DNA of 64,000 nt from contig NMRA01000395.1 of assembly GCA_002633005.1 (NCBI GenBank), positions 292,994 through 356,993 of the forward strand, written 5' to 3'. The notes under the pieces were generated by a model. The model did not search any database. It was not told the origin of the DNA and saw only the letters and a program-made list of their open reading frames with translations. Source of the DNA: Phoronis australis. Its lineage: Eukaryota; Animalia; Phoronida. The translations under genes and the position numbers were made by a program. How positions within the stretch are numbered: the stretch's first letter is position 1; each line of letters begins with the position of its first letter. Positions 1-13,495 of the stretch are shown one piece after another.

Positions 1-300
1 TTAGGAGTAATCCTCTGCTCCTGGTTTTAAATCAGAGTTTTCCTTCTCCTAGACGAACTGCCTGCCAAGGCTAACGTGTTCTGTTTTACCCCTGTTTGGA
101 ATAGAGTTTTCTTTCTCCTAGACAAACTTCCTTCCAAGGCTAATGAACTCCATCTACCCGGGTTTGGAATCAGTTTTCCATTCTCCTAGTTTGAGTTGGT
201 TCACTGCACCATATTCCGTAGTTTATTCGGTACAACCCCCATCTAGAAGGGCTTCCCCCATCTACCACCCAGGGGATGCGCCTCTTTGCCATACAACCAC
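1..300. repeat. Repeat fragment with three diverged ~70-bp copies (gagttttccttctcctagac core), possibly the UTR of a non-LTR element
   Basis: The core motif recurs at ~35, ~104 and ~171. The family assignment is only a resemblance. Confidence 0.35.
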
Positions 301-1646
301 AGCACGAGGTTTATGCAATTGAACAATTTGGTTATCTACTGGATCTACCCTAGTACATATAGCAAAATAAATTTATGTATTGCGTTCATATGAAAGCTAC
401 GAGCAGAAACAGAATCTTTGATAATGGCCTCCTGTATTTGCATAAACTATACAAATTTATCATGCAGCAACTTGTAAACTGATTTCATTTAGTAATTGAC
501 CGTAAGAAGCTAGGTGCAATGATAGTTTACCTGTGATGCCTGATACTACAGCAGCTGCTATAAGCGTGAGTAAAATTTTGAACAGCCACTTAAATTTGCT
601 GACCGTGGAAACTTAGGTCAAAACATCAAAATAATCTGTCAGCAGCGCTTAATAAGGAAATTATGAGCAAAATTAGAATTTTGCATAATGGTGGCCTTAA
701 TTTGTATAATTTAAAAATGCTCAAGGGTTGTGAACGGCTACGCCCTATTTCATGGTCACTTAATCCTAGGCTACATGAAACATCAAAAAAAACCTTTTCC
801 AGCAAATTCAGGTTCAGCCCCCTGGCTCCCGATATATAGTTCATTTAGAGTTTCACAGGTTTTGGTCAACATAGAAGTCCAGTTTTAAGTTCGGGATGGA
901 AGTTTTGGTTGTGTGACTTAAATTTCAGTTGATAAACCCTAATTTATAATACTATAGTTTAAATCATTCTGTGTGTGTTATTTTGTATTTTTGTGGCATA
1001 TATCTATGAAGTGTTGGTTGGTTGCACTTAACTCATTTGGCTCTAATGCCGACTGCTGGAGGACCCTAATGCCAACAGGTGGCGTGGCGGTATATCTGAA
1101 TTCAGAGTCAGGTGCATGCAAACATGGTGCATTTTGTAAATTTGATTGGAGACAGTCCTACTTCTTGCTTTCATTTGAATTTTAGAATGTTAAATCTGTC
1201 TTGTGCTAAATCCGAATTCTGTTTCACCACCACCAGGCTGTGAGCCTGTTTAATATGAAAAGAATCCTATCCTAACAGCCTCACTTGGCTTGTGGAACTT
1301 GGCCAATTCCTCTGGTTTCATAACCTTAAAATACACTTATAGCTGATGTTATCGTTCTCAGTCAGGGAGGCTTATAGCTAAATGGTGGTCAAAATGAACT
1401 ACACATTTTCTGTTTCTTGGCATCTGTCTAATAACTCTTCAATATAAATACCTGTAGTAATAATTGTGTGGCTGTGGTGATGTCTAGTGCTATGTGCTTT
1501 TGCAAAATTTAAATTGATTTTCTACTGTATTTACTATGGTAGTAAGGGATAGTATTAATGTTTATTGACAGATGTAGAAGTCCGGTAATTAGGGTATATT
1601 GCTTGTAGTCAGCATTTATCAGTGAAATCTTGAGTGAATTTTACAG

Positions 1647-1780
1647 CCCCTGAGACTGTACGGCAGTTCAGTGTCACTGTTGTGAATTACACTTGTGTCC
1701 GTGTGTCATGGTCTGCTCCATTAGAAAGAGGTCTGAATGCTCCTGAGTTGGTGTACTTCATAGAAGGAAATAGCACAAAG
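1647..1780 (+). CDS. R3-type receptor PTP exon, first half of an FN3 repeat
   Basis: ttacag|...AAG|gtgagc, 134 nt, phase 1->0. Encodes PETVRQFSVTVVNYTCVRVSWSAPLERGLNAPELVYFIEGNSTK, an FN3 'VSWxxP..Y' pattern. Confidence 0.85.
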
Positions 1781-1997
1781 GTGAGCTGGTCATGTTTTAA
1801 AATGGGGCAAAGGTGAGCTGGCTATGTTTTCACTGACTGCAAACTTGTTAATGTTATGCAGGACCATTTAGCTAAATGTCTAGAATACTACAGACCTTAT
1901 TTCAGCAAAAGTATAATTTCCTGAAAGTAAAGATTGCTTAGAATTTGATTTCTTAATTATATACCAATCTCACATTGAATAGGTCGTGTGGCCATCC

Positions 1998-4017
1998 CTT
2001 TTTATGTGCCCGAATAATTATATGTGGTAACATATTGCTGTCATCTCTGTCTGGACTTCCGCCGTCCACAGCTGTACCTCCTAAACCTCTCACAGGATAT
2101 TGATGAGATATGGCAGATACGTTCCTAACATATGTATTTGACACTGATGACGAATTTCAGACCTCTCCGGCTACTAGTAAGCTCCTTAGTGGCAATTTTA
2201 TTTTTTTACGCTTACCTCTGCATCTTCGGAGGTCCTCAATGGATTTTCATAAATTTCTTGGCAGTTAGGCATCTATAAGTGAGATGATGCCATCCTGCCG
2301 TTTTCGGATGAATTCGAGGTACTTTTCGCCACCTAGTGACCATTTTTACTGTTTTCGAGTCTGTATTTTGGCGTCCACCCTTCTATCAACCAAACCGCTC
2401 TAGCGATGATTTTGAAAATTGACGCTTATGTTCTTACTGTAAAAAGGGCGTCTGATGATGATTTTCCGACGACTTCGACTACTGTGGTGCCTCCTAGTGA
2501 CAGTCTTGTTTGTTTTTTGCGCTCATGGCTGTATCTCCTAAACACTTTACAGGATCTTTATTGAATATTGCTGGTGTACTTATATGAAGTTGATGACAGA
2601 GGATGACTACTTTTGGCGGATCGGGCTACCTGTGTGCCCCCAGTGGCAATTTTAGTTTTTTNCCACCGTGACAGTATATTTAAAGCTCGTTAATTGATTT
2701 TCACAAAATTTGGCAGATAGACATCTGTTAATGAGGTGACCCTATCATCTGGTTATTGGTTAAATGCGAGGCATTTTGCGCCACCTATTGACTATTTTGA
2801 TTGCTTTCGAGTTTTTGTGGCATCTACTCCTCTGTCAACCAAACCACTCTAAGCTTGATTTTGGTAATCGGCATGCATGTTCCTAATGTGAAGAGGAGGG
2901 CTGACGATGATTTTCCGATGACCTCGACAACTGTGGCACCTCATAGTGGCAGTTTTTTTGCGCCCATAGCTGTATCTCCTTTATTAAATTTAGCAAGTGT
3001 ATTTATATGAATTTTACAACAAACGGCAACTTTCGGATGGATCCGACTTCTGGTGTGCCCCCAAGTGGCAATTTTCGTTTTTTAATTTTACCAGAGTCTG
3101 TATCTTCAAAGGTCCTCAACGGATTTTGATAAAATTTGGCAGATAGGTATCTTTTAGCGAGTTGATGCTATCTTCCAGATTTTGGTTTGGTTAGGGGTAT
3201 TTTGAGCCACCTAGTGACCATTTTTATGCGCCCACATATTTATTTGTGGGCGCATTATGCTGTCATCCCCGTCCGTCCATCCGCTGCTCTATCTCCAAAA
3301 CCCTTTGACGTACGTTCATGAAATTTGGCACACATGGATGAGACAGCATGAGTGAACTTAAGGACAGATCCAACTACCGGTGTGCCCCCTAGTGGCAATT
3401 TTAGTTTTTTACACTTACCTCGTATCTTCAAAGGTTCTCAACGTATTTTCATAAAATTTGGCATACAGGCATCTATTAGTGAGATGACGCTATCCTTCCG
3501 GTTTTGGATGGATTCGACGAAGTTTGCGCCACCTAGGGACCATTTTTGCTGTTTTCGAGTCAACTAAACCATTCTAAGGATGATTGTGAATACGTGTTCT
3601 TAGTATGAAGAGGATGGTTGACGACGATTTTCCGACAACTTTAACCGCTGTGGCACCTCTTAGTGGCAGTTTTATTTTTTTGTGCTCATAGCTATATCTC
3701 CTAAACATACTGTAGTATTTTGTTAAATTTAGCTAGTAAGTGTATTTGTATGGAGTTGACAACAGACAGGGACGACTTTCAGATGAATCCGGAGAGTGCT
3801 GTGCCCCCTAGTGACAATTTCATTTTTTCTGTTTTCCTTTGCTTCTCTGAAGTTCCTTGAGAGAGTTTTATGAAATTTGGTAAATAGCTTTCTTTTAAAG
3901 AAACGATGGCATGTTCCCATTTTCGAATGCATTTTTATGATGCAAATATACACCCCAGAAGCACACTGTTAGCGATGCCTTTGTGGGGGCATTTTAACGC
4001 TCTGCGTTGCTCTTGTT
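1998..4017 (+). mobile_element. Two adjacent non-autonomous Helentron-derived-like (HINE/DINE-1/pearl-type) elements with internal diverged tandem repeats
   Basis: T-run starts at ~1998 and 3221. The second has a hairpin (atgcgcccaca...tgtgggcgcat) followed by a gtcc microsatellite. Recurrent ccacctagtgac / ttcataaaatttggca units; 3' end ggggcatt...ctcttgtt. Confidence 0.5.
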
Positions 4018-4064
4018 TCAACATGCTTTTAATTTTTAATGGTCTCTTTGTATTTGTATTTTAG

Positions 4065-4181
4065 AAAACACCGCCTGACAGGGTCATGCATAAAATACCT
4101 GACAATGTATCACGTGAAAACTACAGGGAAACTTTCACTGAATATATGACGGTCAAGTCTGAATACATATACAGTTTCACG
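4065..4181 (+). CDS. R3-type receptor PTP exon, FN3
   Basis: ttttag|AAA...ACG|gtacgt, 117 nt, phase 0->0. Encodes KTPPDRVMHKIPDNVSRENYRETFTEYMTVKSEYIYSFT. Confidence 0.8.
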
Positions 4182-4660
4182 GTACGTGACTTAAGACAAG
4201 GAGGCATTAACTTTGTGGTGAGAAGCTGGAGGCGCTTGGCCCCATGTCATTGGGTTGGAGAACAGCGCCCTCCGCTAGACAGGGACATTGGAAGTGAGGG
4301 CGACCCCTCAGTAATTTACAGGTGTGGTGATGAAACCTTCATAGCGACCAACTAGGCGCCGGAGGCATTTGAGAAAAGAAAATATACTGTAGTGAAAATT
4401 TAGAGAATGTTTATGAACTACCAGACGAGTGCAGTTACCCCATTGTGGGCCGGGCCTAATGGCATTTTTGTTTGGGAGATTCCCAATTTTCAAGTAGTGT
4501 GCATTAAATATGCACAGATATTCCAGAGCAGACTTTTAGGGAAATACAAAACTGTGTTTCTGGTAAAGAATAATGTATGCCAAAAATAAAACACTTTAAT
4601 TAGGACATATCATTATCAAAATTGAAAATTTTAGATCCATATCATCTGTGTATTATTATA

Positions 4661-6943
4661 CTGTAATCATTCGGGTTAACGCCCATGCTCAGTTAACCGC
4701 CCATCCCCGACTTTAAGTGAATTTTCGATTTAACCGCCCACTGCTCGGTTAACCGCCCTCTCCCGATTTTTGAAGATTTCCAGTTAAGCGCCCACCTCTC
4801 GGTTAAGCGCCCATCCCCAACTTTTAAAGAAGGAAGATTTAGCGCCTAGTGCTAAGGAAACGCGCGATTCCCCGACTTTTAGAAAAAGATCGATGATCAC
4901 AATGAGTGCAACGACGCCGGGACTCCGAGACGGTGGTTTAGCAATCTGAATTACAATACAGGTAACGAGTTATTGTCTTGGGTCATGAACTCACTTCAAA
5001 ATATAATACTTGAACNNNNNNNNNNNNNNNNNNNNNNNNNNNNNNNNNNNNNNNNNNNNNNNNNNNNNNNNNNNNNNNNNNNNNNNNNNNNNNNNNNNNN
5101 NNNNNNNNNNNNNNNNNNNNNNNNNNNNNNNNNNNNNNNNNNNNNNNNNNNNNNNNNNNNNNNNNNNNNNNNNNNNNNNNNNNNNNNNNNNNNNNNNNNN
5201 NNNNNNNNNNNNNNNNNNNNNNNNNNNNNNNNNNNNNNNNNNNNNNNNNNNNNNNNNNNNNNNNNNNNNNNNNNNNNNNNNNNNNNNNNNNNNNNNNNNN
5301 NNNNNNNNNNNNNNNNNNNNNNNNNNNNNNNNNNNNNNNNNNNNNNNNNNNNNNNNNNNNNNNNNNNNNNNNNNNNNNNNNNNNNNNNNNNNNNNNNNNN
5401 NNNNNNNNNNNNNNNNNNNNNNNNNNNNNNNNNNNNNNNNNNNNNNNNNNNNNNNNNNNNNNNNNNNNNNNNNNNNNNNNNNNNNNNNNNNNNNNNNNNN
5501 NNNNNNNNNNNNNNNNNNNNNNNNNNNNNNNNNNNNNNNNNNNNNNNNNNNNNNNNNNNNNNNNNNNNNNNNNNNNNNNNNNNNNNNNNNNNNNNNNNNN
5601 NNNNNNNNNNNNNNNNNNNNNNNNNNNNNNNNNNNNNNNNNNNNNNNNNNNNNNNNNNNNNNNNNNNNNNNNNNNNNNNNNNNNNNNNNNNNNNNNNNNN
5701 NNNNNNNNNNNNNNNNNNNNNNNNNNNNNNNNNNNNNNNNNNNNNNNNNNNATTTGTAGTGGTGCACGTGCGCAAGTTCCCACACTTTGGAGTGCATGTT
5801 ACCTTGACACCAACATGTGATTGACAGGTGACTCACACGTAGGCCCTACGTGCGTGCTGAATACCGCCACTATCTTTGGCCATAAAAAACGAGATGCATA
5901 TTGAAAGAGGCCGTTATATTTCTTGACGGCATTTCCAAGTCACGATTGTCAGCCGACTGAGACATTGCGCGAGAACAGCGGGACCAAACAGTGCCGCAGT
6001 GCGATAATACAAGCGATATAAATAGGATAATCTGGACATCTTGCATGAAAAATAAATGTTTTTCCACCACGAAGTTTGGTAAGGTGATCGTTTAGAATAA
6101 TGCATTGAAACATTGCTGTTTTCTGACATTTTGTAACATATTTATGCAGTTGCTTGAAATTTTATTCTTGATCGACGACTGGCTCGACCACCCCCGATCC
6201 TTGTCTTGCTTGCATAGCATGTTTGGCGCAACGGCAAGAGAGCAATGCCGGGCTTTCGAGATAAGACAGCTAGCCGCAGAACCATACGCTGAAAGTGTCA
6301 TTGAGTAACGGAGTGTCGACTATAACATCCCAAACACACAAAACAGCAGAGTTAAGTTTTTCAAACTTTTATTACAACCAATTTTAAAACTGCTCTCTGA
6401 CTCAGAACTTGACAGCTACATATAGTACGAGACTGTAACCATAAATTTGATGTCTGACCTCTGCAACACGTGAAGCTTGCACGCTCGCACTTAAGCAGGG
6501 TCACCGTCATCTTGAAACAGTTTTAATTCTAGTGGAGGCTGCGTGGTGACTGGTCGTCTGCGCACCGCAGGACGACACGGGGCTATTACTCAGCAATTTT
6601 GTAAATTAAATAGTGAATGACTAATCTGAGGGCAAGAGAACCTTTGTTGGGATCATCCACTGTTATGACGTTTTCACAGTCATTTGGCGACGTGCCGATA
6701 AAGCTCTTTGAAAAGGGCTACGCGTTCCGAGTATGATTGTCGTGTCGGGATTTAAATCGCCAGGTAAGATTAACCGCCCAGGGCGGTTGTCTGTCGTAAT
6801 AAGCGCCCATGTTCGGTTAACCGCCCATCCCCTACTTTAGGTGGATTTTCGATATAACCGCCCACTGCTCGGTTAACCGCCCTCCCCCGATTTTTTGGAT
6901 TCGCCAATTTAACCGCCCAGGGCGTTAACCCGAAAGATTACGG
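4661..6943. mobile_element. Non-autonomous TIR DNA transposon with TA target (Tc1/mariner-pogo-like); contains an assembly gap
   Basis: TIRs ta|ctgtaatcattcgggttaacgccc and gggcgttaacccgaaagattacgg|ta, plus subterminal ttaaccgccca repeats. Confidence 0.75.
5016..5750. other. Assembly gap (N run)
   Basis: Run of n characters. Confidence 1.
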
Positions 6944-7915
6944 TAGTACAATATAACCGTTTTTGGTATGAATTTTCTGCTAGAAATCTAAATGTGTGAC
7001 TTGTACAATGGTGCAGCTGTAAAGGTCTAATTGTGTACATTTTTGAAAGACGATCTGTGAAGAGTCCTCCCTTCTCTTATCAACTGGTTGTTAATGCTTC
7101 ACTGGTGGGGGTAGCGTGTTACCTAAGAGTGTTGTAATGAAATACCAGTTAATACTTCTTCCAAACAAGCCAACAAGTCATAACTGATGCAGAAAGAGTT
7201 GTCTTTATTCAATGAAATTCAAGACATGTGAACCTGCCTCAGGGTGATCACACATCCCAACATTTAAGGAAATTCTTGTTTGTATGATCAAGGCTTCCTA
7301 GGCAACTGGTCAGATGAGTAATCCTAATATGCTGTGAGTTAGCAGACATCTTTCTCTGCAAGTGAATTTGTGTAGACAAACTTTTTAGAAAATTAACCCG
7401 AGTATTTTTGAAAAAATGTTACAAAAAGGACTAACTTAATAGGAATACTTTAAATTAAAATGTTACTAGATATTTTTAATTGAAGGGGTGTTGGAACGAT
7501 GCTTTCTATCAAAGAATGAGTTGTAATTTATAAGTCACTTACCGTTGCCGATCTTTTCCTTACTTGGTTTAAAAGTGTGCCATTAGGCGCTACATCTGAT
7601 ATCTCTACCATTGTCCGCGAATATTTTTTACTGGTTGGGATTATGAAAATCACAACAGCACCTGGACTTATATGATGGACCGTCCGGTACTTTCAACCAG
7701 GATAACTTCATGAAATGTTGATTGTTAAATTAGTTGCAAATTTAGGCAATAAAGTTTTAGGTAAGTACAGTCTTTCTGGAGTAACTGTGTCACTTTTAGG
7801 CCCTAGACGTTTTTACACTATGAGGAACTTTAATGACAGAGTACAAGTATATTGTGCCTTGCTTTTCTGGGGTCATGTCACTTTTCATGAGATGTATCTC
7901 TGTTTGTTTTCCTAG

Positions 7916-7997
7916 ATCACCGTGGGTTATAATGCCTCAGGATCAGGCTACCTGAGTAGCTCAACATATCCAAAACAAGTGACTGTGCCTGCAGGAG
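7916..7997 (+). CDS. R3-type receptor PTP exon, end of FN3
   Basis: ttcctag|ATC...GGA G|gtgagt, 82 nt, phase 0->1. Encodes ITVGYNASGSGYLSSSTYPKQVTVPAG. Confidence 0.8.
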
Positions 7998-8010
7998 GTG
8001 AGTGATTTAA

Positions 8011-9628
8011 AGGAGCATGCCACCCAAAAAACAACCTATTTTGTAAGATCGAGTAGTTCTACTTGATAACAGTAAGTTCGGTTGCGTTATCTGACGGCAG
8101 ACGGAGGTGTTGAAATTATCCATTGGTTTCGCACGCAGTCTGTTCAGCAGTTCACAACACGGGTTACTGGTGTCAGCTTATCGCTTGAATTCATCGTGTA
8201 ACACCAATAAATCATCAAACTTCAATGTAAAACCCTTAAAAATACACCGAGTTCTTATAAAAACCTGTTGCTTTATTTCGCTGTTATGGATTTAGTGGTA
8301 TTTGGACGCACCATAGCCTACAAAGTTCGGCAGGCCAATTTACCAAGGTCCGTAGCAGGAGTTTGGGTCTGTTTGGAGATAAATTCGAAGTATTCTTCCG
8401 TGAAATACAGACAGGATAACCTGGATCTGTGTTGTTTAGACTTATGATTTTTTGAGTTCTAAACACACAAAACGCTTGTTATCCCGGCCAGTGGCTCTGA
8501 ACCAGATCAGGCCCGTCGCAGCTGTAGTGAAGACATCACGAACATAAACCAGCCAAAGTTGGAAACTAAACTTCTAGTCAAGAAAATACTATAGTAGTGA
8601 GTCGAAGAAGTAATGTGCACGTGATTATGTTGGTGAATTAGCCACGAAACTGCAAATCTACTTACTCGTCGGGGGCCGCGAATTCAGGTTCCCCTTTGGC
8701 AACAGAACCGTCAGGGCAGAAGTTGTACATTGACAATCAATGAATAATGTATAGGTAAATAAAGATTCCCCTAATAACTGGCTGTGGCGGGATAGAAAAT
8801 CGAGTTGTTTCACAACAGTTTCTGTCAGCAAACACTGAATTAGCATGCGCTCACACCGCCTCAGTGTCCGGTCAATTAGTTTTACTGCACCTAAAGCCGG
8901 TAACGCAGTGATTTATTCATTGCTGGCTTCTCAAATCATTTGCACTCACGAACACTCCAAAGGCATTACAAATTGCATCTAATGAAACAGACTTTGTTTC
9001 AGTATTGGTTAGGGTAAGAATAATTCATTTTGAAAGAGAACGCTCAGTAATAAATGCCAACGTGGCAACTCGCAATCTCGACTTAGACAAGAGCTCATCT
9101 GGCGGCGAAGGGACTTCGCAGGTGGATCGCTAAATTTCACAGGCTATCAGTTAGAATTGGAATACAGTGATGAAGAAATACTAGAGAGGGGTCGTGATCA
9201 AGCTCAGGCAATGGAACGTATGGATAGTTATTTGGTAAGGTGGCATTCGTCAGACTTACTGTCGACGATTGCAGGTCACAGACACAGAGATGTTTCACGG
9301 CGTCATACTTGCTATTTACAGCGTACTTTTCATTCTTCACTACCGCGAGCCACTTCCTAAGTATTTCGGACTCTCGAGGAAGTTGAAAAAATGATATACC
9401 CGCTTTCCTCGCAGCTGCATCAGTTCGTACAAGCGGGAACGATGCACCGCAACATAGCGGCATTGACTTTGCAAATGAACCACTGACGTCGCTGCATCGT
9501 TTCTCACCTTCCTCACTGGTTAACGCGACACCTCTCGGCAAGGTAAGGTCAAGTGTATGCGAGGCAATATGGATATAGACCGATTAAGGCAGTAAAAAAA
9601 GACTAATTAAATTGGGTGGCATTCTCCT
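8011..9628. mobile_element. Kolobok-like non-autonomous DNA transposon (internal deletion derivative)
   Basis: TTAA on both sides (8007-8010, 9629-9632) and 17-bp TIRs AGGAG(C/A)ATGCCACCCAA. A THAP N-terminus on - (MPLCC...FFQLPRESEILRKW...VC) converges on a + strand GYQLELEYSDEE fragment. Confidence 0.8.
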
Positions 9629-10380
9629 TTAATAGCTGTTAACTCTTTTGCTACAGTGTGCTGGTAGTCAACTATGATGTGGACTTGAGCTGGGGCCCAT
9701 TCCAAGAAATTGACTTGACTGTGCGTTACACGGTCTTCCAAATTTATTGTAACTGTTACAATTCAACTTGTGTGTTGGATGGAGTTCAATACGAATTGTA
9801 ACAGTTACAACTCAACTTGTGTCTTGTATGGAGTTCTACCCATGTCAAGCTTAAGGCGCATGAGATGAGCCATTTATGTTCAGGCTTTATTTCACTCTGT
9901 TTAGCTGGCTAAAAAACTAACTTTGAATTAGGTCGCTAATTCTCATGAAATAAGCCTCGTAATATTGCTTGCCGTGGTGGAATTCCATTCTCGTCGCCAA
10001 CTCAAGTCACAGGCTATGTGTTCATGCAAAATTTTGGATTTTGCAATTTAAGGGTTATTTGGCGAACCCCAATAAATTCTGAAGTGCTTTGTCGATCTTG
10101 TGGCTTAAACGGGCATAGAATCCTGTTACAGTAGGGAATATTTTTTTAATATGAGTCCAATTTTATTGATGAATTTAAAGTAAATGGCCTTATTCAATTT
10201 TCGTTTTTAGTGATTAAAAAATTCAGATTGAAATGACATATTTCTTTAAATCTTCTGTATAGCATCAATGATTCATTGTCAACAACATGTGACACCTGGT
10301 TAATAATTACATACTCTTGCCTGCTCATTATTACCTGTTGACTTTATAGTCGTCATGTAGTCATTACACTTTAATTTACT

Positions 10381-10543
10381 GATTACCTCTCCAGCTCCAC
10401 CCTCTCCCTTCCCAGATGTCATCATGTAGTCATTATACCTTATTACCTCTCTAGCTCCACCCCCTGCCTCTCCAGATGTCATCATGTAGTCATTATACCT
10501 TATTACCTCTCTAGCTCCACCCCCTGCCTCTCCAGATGTCATC
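10381..10543 (+). repeat. 60-bp tandem repeat (~2.7 copies) straddling a splice acceptor
   Basis: Lines 10381, 10441 and 10501 are near-identical, with AG at 10393-4, 10453-4 and 10513-4. Confidence 0.95.
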
Positions 10544-10694
10544 AAGCCTCTACCCTTTGAAGAAGGCAAAGATTTGGATGCTACTCGACAACATTATATA
10601 CAGCTGGATTGCCAGTTCTTCACCAACAGCATCTTCGGGAAGATCACTAAGTCTGGTCTCATTGTGGTCAGATCTACTTATAAGGGCTTTAACG
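10515..10694 (+). CDS. R3-type receptor PTP exon, membrane-proximal ectodomain
   Basis: ctctag|CT CCA...AAC G|gtgtgt, 180 nt, phase 1->1. Encodes APPPASPDVIKPLPFEEGKDLDATRQHYIQLDCQFFTNSIFGKITKSGLIVVRSTYKGFN, resembling the R3 'APP...C.WFSD.NG.I....VIV' region. Confidence 0.75.
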
Positions 10695-10748
10695 GTGTGT
10701 CTTTGCTTTCTTTGAACCTAAGTATTGTGCTTATGATAAATACACAGT

Positions 10749-11360
10749 CAGTAAACGTTTGGGTTAACGCCCTGGGCGGTTAAATTGGCGAGCCCAAAAA
10801 TTCGGGGATGGGCAGTTAACCAGACATGGACGCTTAAACGTGAAATTTCAAGATATCTTAGGTGGGCGGTTAATCGAACATGGGCGCTTATTATGACAGA
10901 CAACCGCCCTGAGTGGTTAATCTTACCTCATGATCAGTCCCACATACACATACTCGGAACGTGTAGAACTTTTCAAAGAGTTTTATCGTCAAGTCGCCAG
11001 ATATTGGTAAAAATGTCATAACAGCGTATGATTCCAAAATATGTTCTGTTGCCCTCAGATTAGTCATTATTAATTTTACAAAATTGGTGAGTAATAGCCC
11101 CGTGTCTTCCTGCGATCTTATTTTAGCTGTAGTGCGCAGACGACCAGCGACAAAAACTTGTTTGCAACTATTCTTACACAATGACACTGCAAAAGTGCGC
11201 ACATGCGAGCTTCACGTGTTGCAGAGGTCACAACAGACATCAAATTTATTGTCAAGCTCTGAGTCAGAGACCAGTAAATATGCATCAAGCAGGACACAGT
11301 GGACTGTCCAGTTATTGGAGAATACAAAAGAAACAAAATCAAGGAATCGTAGCCACTTCC
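10749..11360 (-). mobile_element. Partial inverted copy of the 4661-6943 TIR element
   Basis: Reverse-complement match to ~6380-6943 (gggttaacgccctgggcggttaaattggcga, atgacagacaaccgccctg, gtgcgcagacgaccag). Confidence 0.75.
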
Positions 11361-11361
11361 C

Positions 11362-12421
11362 ATGATTTAATCACTACTTGAAACTGAGCTCTACATTATT
11401 TTTGGCATTTTCTGTTCTATGATTTAATCACTACTTGAAACTGAGCTCTACATTATTTTTGGCATTTTCTGTTCTATTTAATGCAAAACTCAAGATAGGT
11501 TTTTATTATGTTGTGCTCAAGTATTTATGGTTTATGTAAATGACTAATCTTATTTCACACTTAATGACCCCAACGTTGAAGCTATTAGTTTGAGTCTGAA
11601 CTTGAAATCTCAAAGTTTTTTACTTGAAATCTCGAGTCTATGGGCCATCAAGTGCGAATGGACTTAACTGTCATTTACATAATCCATGACATACTTAAGT
11701 GCAAGGACTGGACTGTCATTTACATAATCCATGCTATACTCAAGTGCAAATGAACTTAACTGTCATTTACATAATCCATGATATACTCAAGTGCAAGGAC
11801 TTAACTGTCATTTACGTAATCCATGATATACTCAAGTGCAAGGACTTAACTGTCATTTACATAATCCATGATATACTCAAGTGCAAGGACTTAACTGTCA
11901 TTTACATAATCCATGATATACTCAAGTGCAGAGCGTTAGATAATTATCTTTGCTCCTTATTAATGAGAAAAGAAAATTTCAAAAAAATTGTCTTCTTTAC
12001 TGAATTTTATTATTTTATTTTTTAGCATTTTATTCTTCAAACATAACATTACAAATAGTTTACAATAATGTTGTGGCAATGATATTCAAATATAACTTTA
12101 CAAAAATGTTAACGATCATGTTGTTGAGGTACTTAATTTTATATGGTACACATACACATGTCAGCCACACAGTGCAGGCCTATCTCAGGTCAATTATATA
12201 TGGTGCACATACACACGTAAGACACACATTGCAGGCCTATCTCAGATCAAGTATATATGGTGCACATACACACGTCAGCCACATATTGCAGGCCTATCTC
12301 AGATCAATTTTATATGGTGCACATACACATGTCAGCCACACAGTGCAGGCCTATCTCAGATCAATTTTATATGGTGCACATACACGTCAGTCACACAGTG
12401 CAGGCCCCTCTCAGATCAATT
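11362..12421. repeat. Minisatellite cluster: 57-bp x2 (11362-11477), 45-bp x~6 (11660-11930), 57-bp x~5 (12137-12421)
   Basis: Directly visible tandem units, which also explain the repetitive ORFs here. Confidence 0.9.
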
Positions 12422-13495
12422 TTAAGTGACTGTGCAATATATATCAATTTCTGAAATAAAGTTCATAGGCCCACTGTACAAAACTAACATACTTAAGAGT
12501 GCACCAAGCTATCACGGAGTCGAAAAGCATCTCCCTGTCTTCTGTCCAAATTGTCATAATGCACTTTGGGCAGAAGACAGGGAGATGCACTTACTTAATG
12601 ATTGACTAATAAAAGTCACATGGTCTTATGTAATCATATCATTGGCTGTTACTATCTGATCTCAAACATTTCTTGACTCCTTACTGAACAGTACATTGAG
12701 CCAGAACAAAAGAAGCAAACATCATCTAAAATACAATATGTAGACATCAAGATATATTAAATGAAATCACGTTTGATCCCATGCACAAACTTTGGCCAAC
12801 TTCAATCATGGAACTATCTCTACTAATTACATAATCCATATTTGTTCTGGCAATACAACTTAACAAAGTGGCTAACTTTCTTTTTAGACTGCTTACAACT
12901 ATACAGCTGGACAAGTGCTAACTTTCTGTTTAGAATATTTACAACTACGGTATGCAGCATAGCTGGTCGCATTTGATTCCTTGTCTACTGATCTCTTTTT
13001 TAGGGTGAAGTGAAAGGTGGTGTTATTATTATTGTTGTTATAATTGTTATTATAATTTATATGTAACTTCTTTACCCATGACATCATTGCTTGAGATCAT
13101 GGCAGGGTCATGTGACTCCATGGTTAAATCACGTGTTGAATGTGTCTCCAGAAATGATCACCTGTCTGTCCTTACCAATCTCAGAACTTGGTAATTAATT
13201 TCCTCTCAATTTAGAAAACAAAATGGCTGAATAACAAAATGGTATTTTATTAAAAATGTTTGACAAAAGTAAACAAGTCATAAAGAACACGCTACTCCAC
13301 CATTGGTACAGTTTATATTGTACAGCTGTCCTAAACATACATGCAATGAAATCGAGGATTATTGTCAATACAGTATGTGTTTAAGCTTTTGAAAATAGAA
13401 AAAAAAATGATTATTTTGGAAATGATTGTTGTTCGAATTTGTGCAGGTGGACTCCTTAGCTACTGCTTGGCAATTATTGGTCACTTACTTTGTAG

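Noticed and set aside
4973-5836. Long ORFs in the ORF track
   Set aside because: They consist of the N gap.
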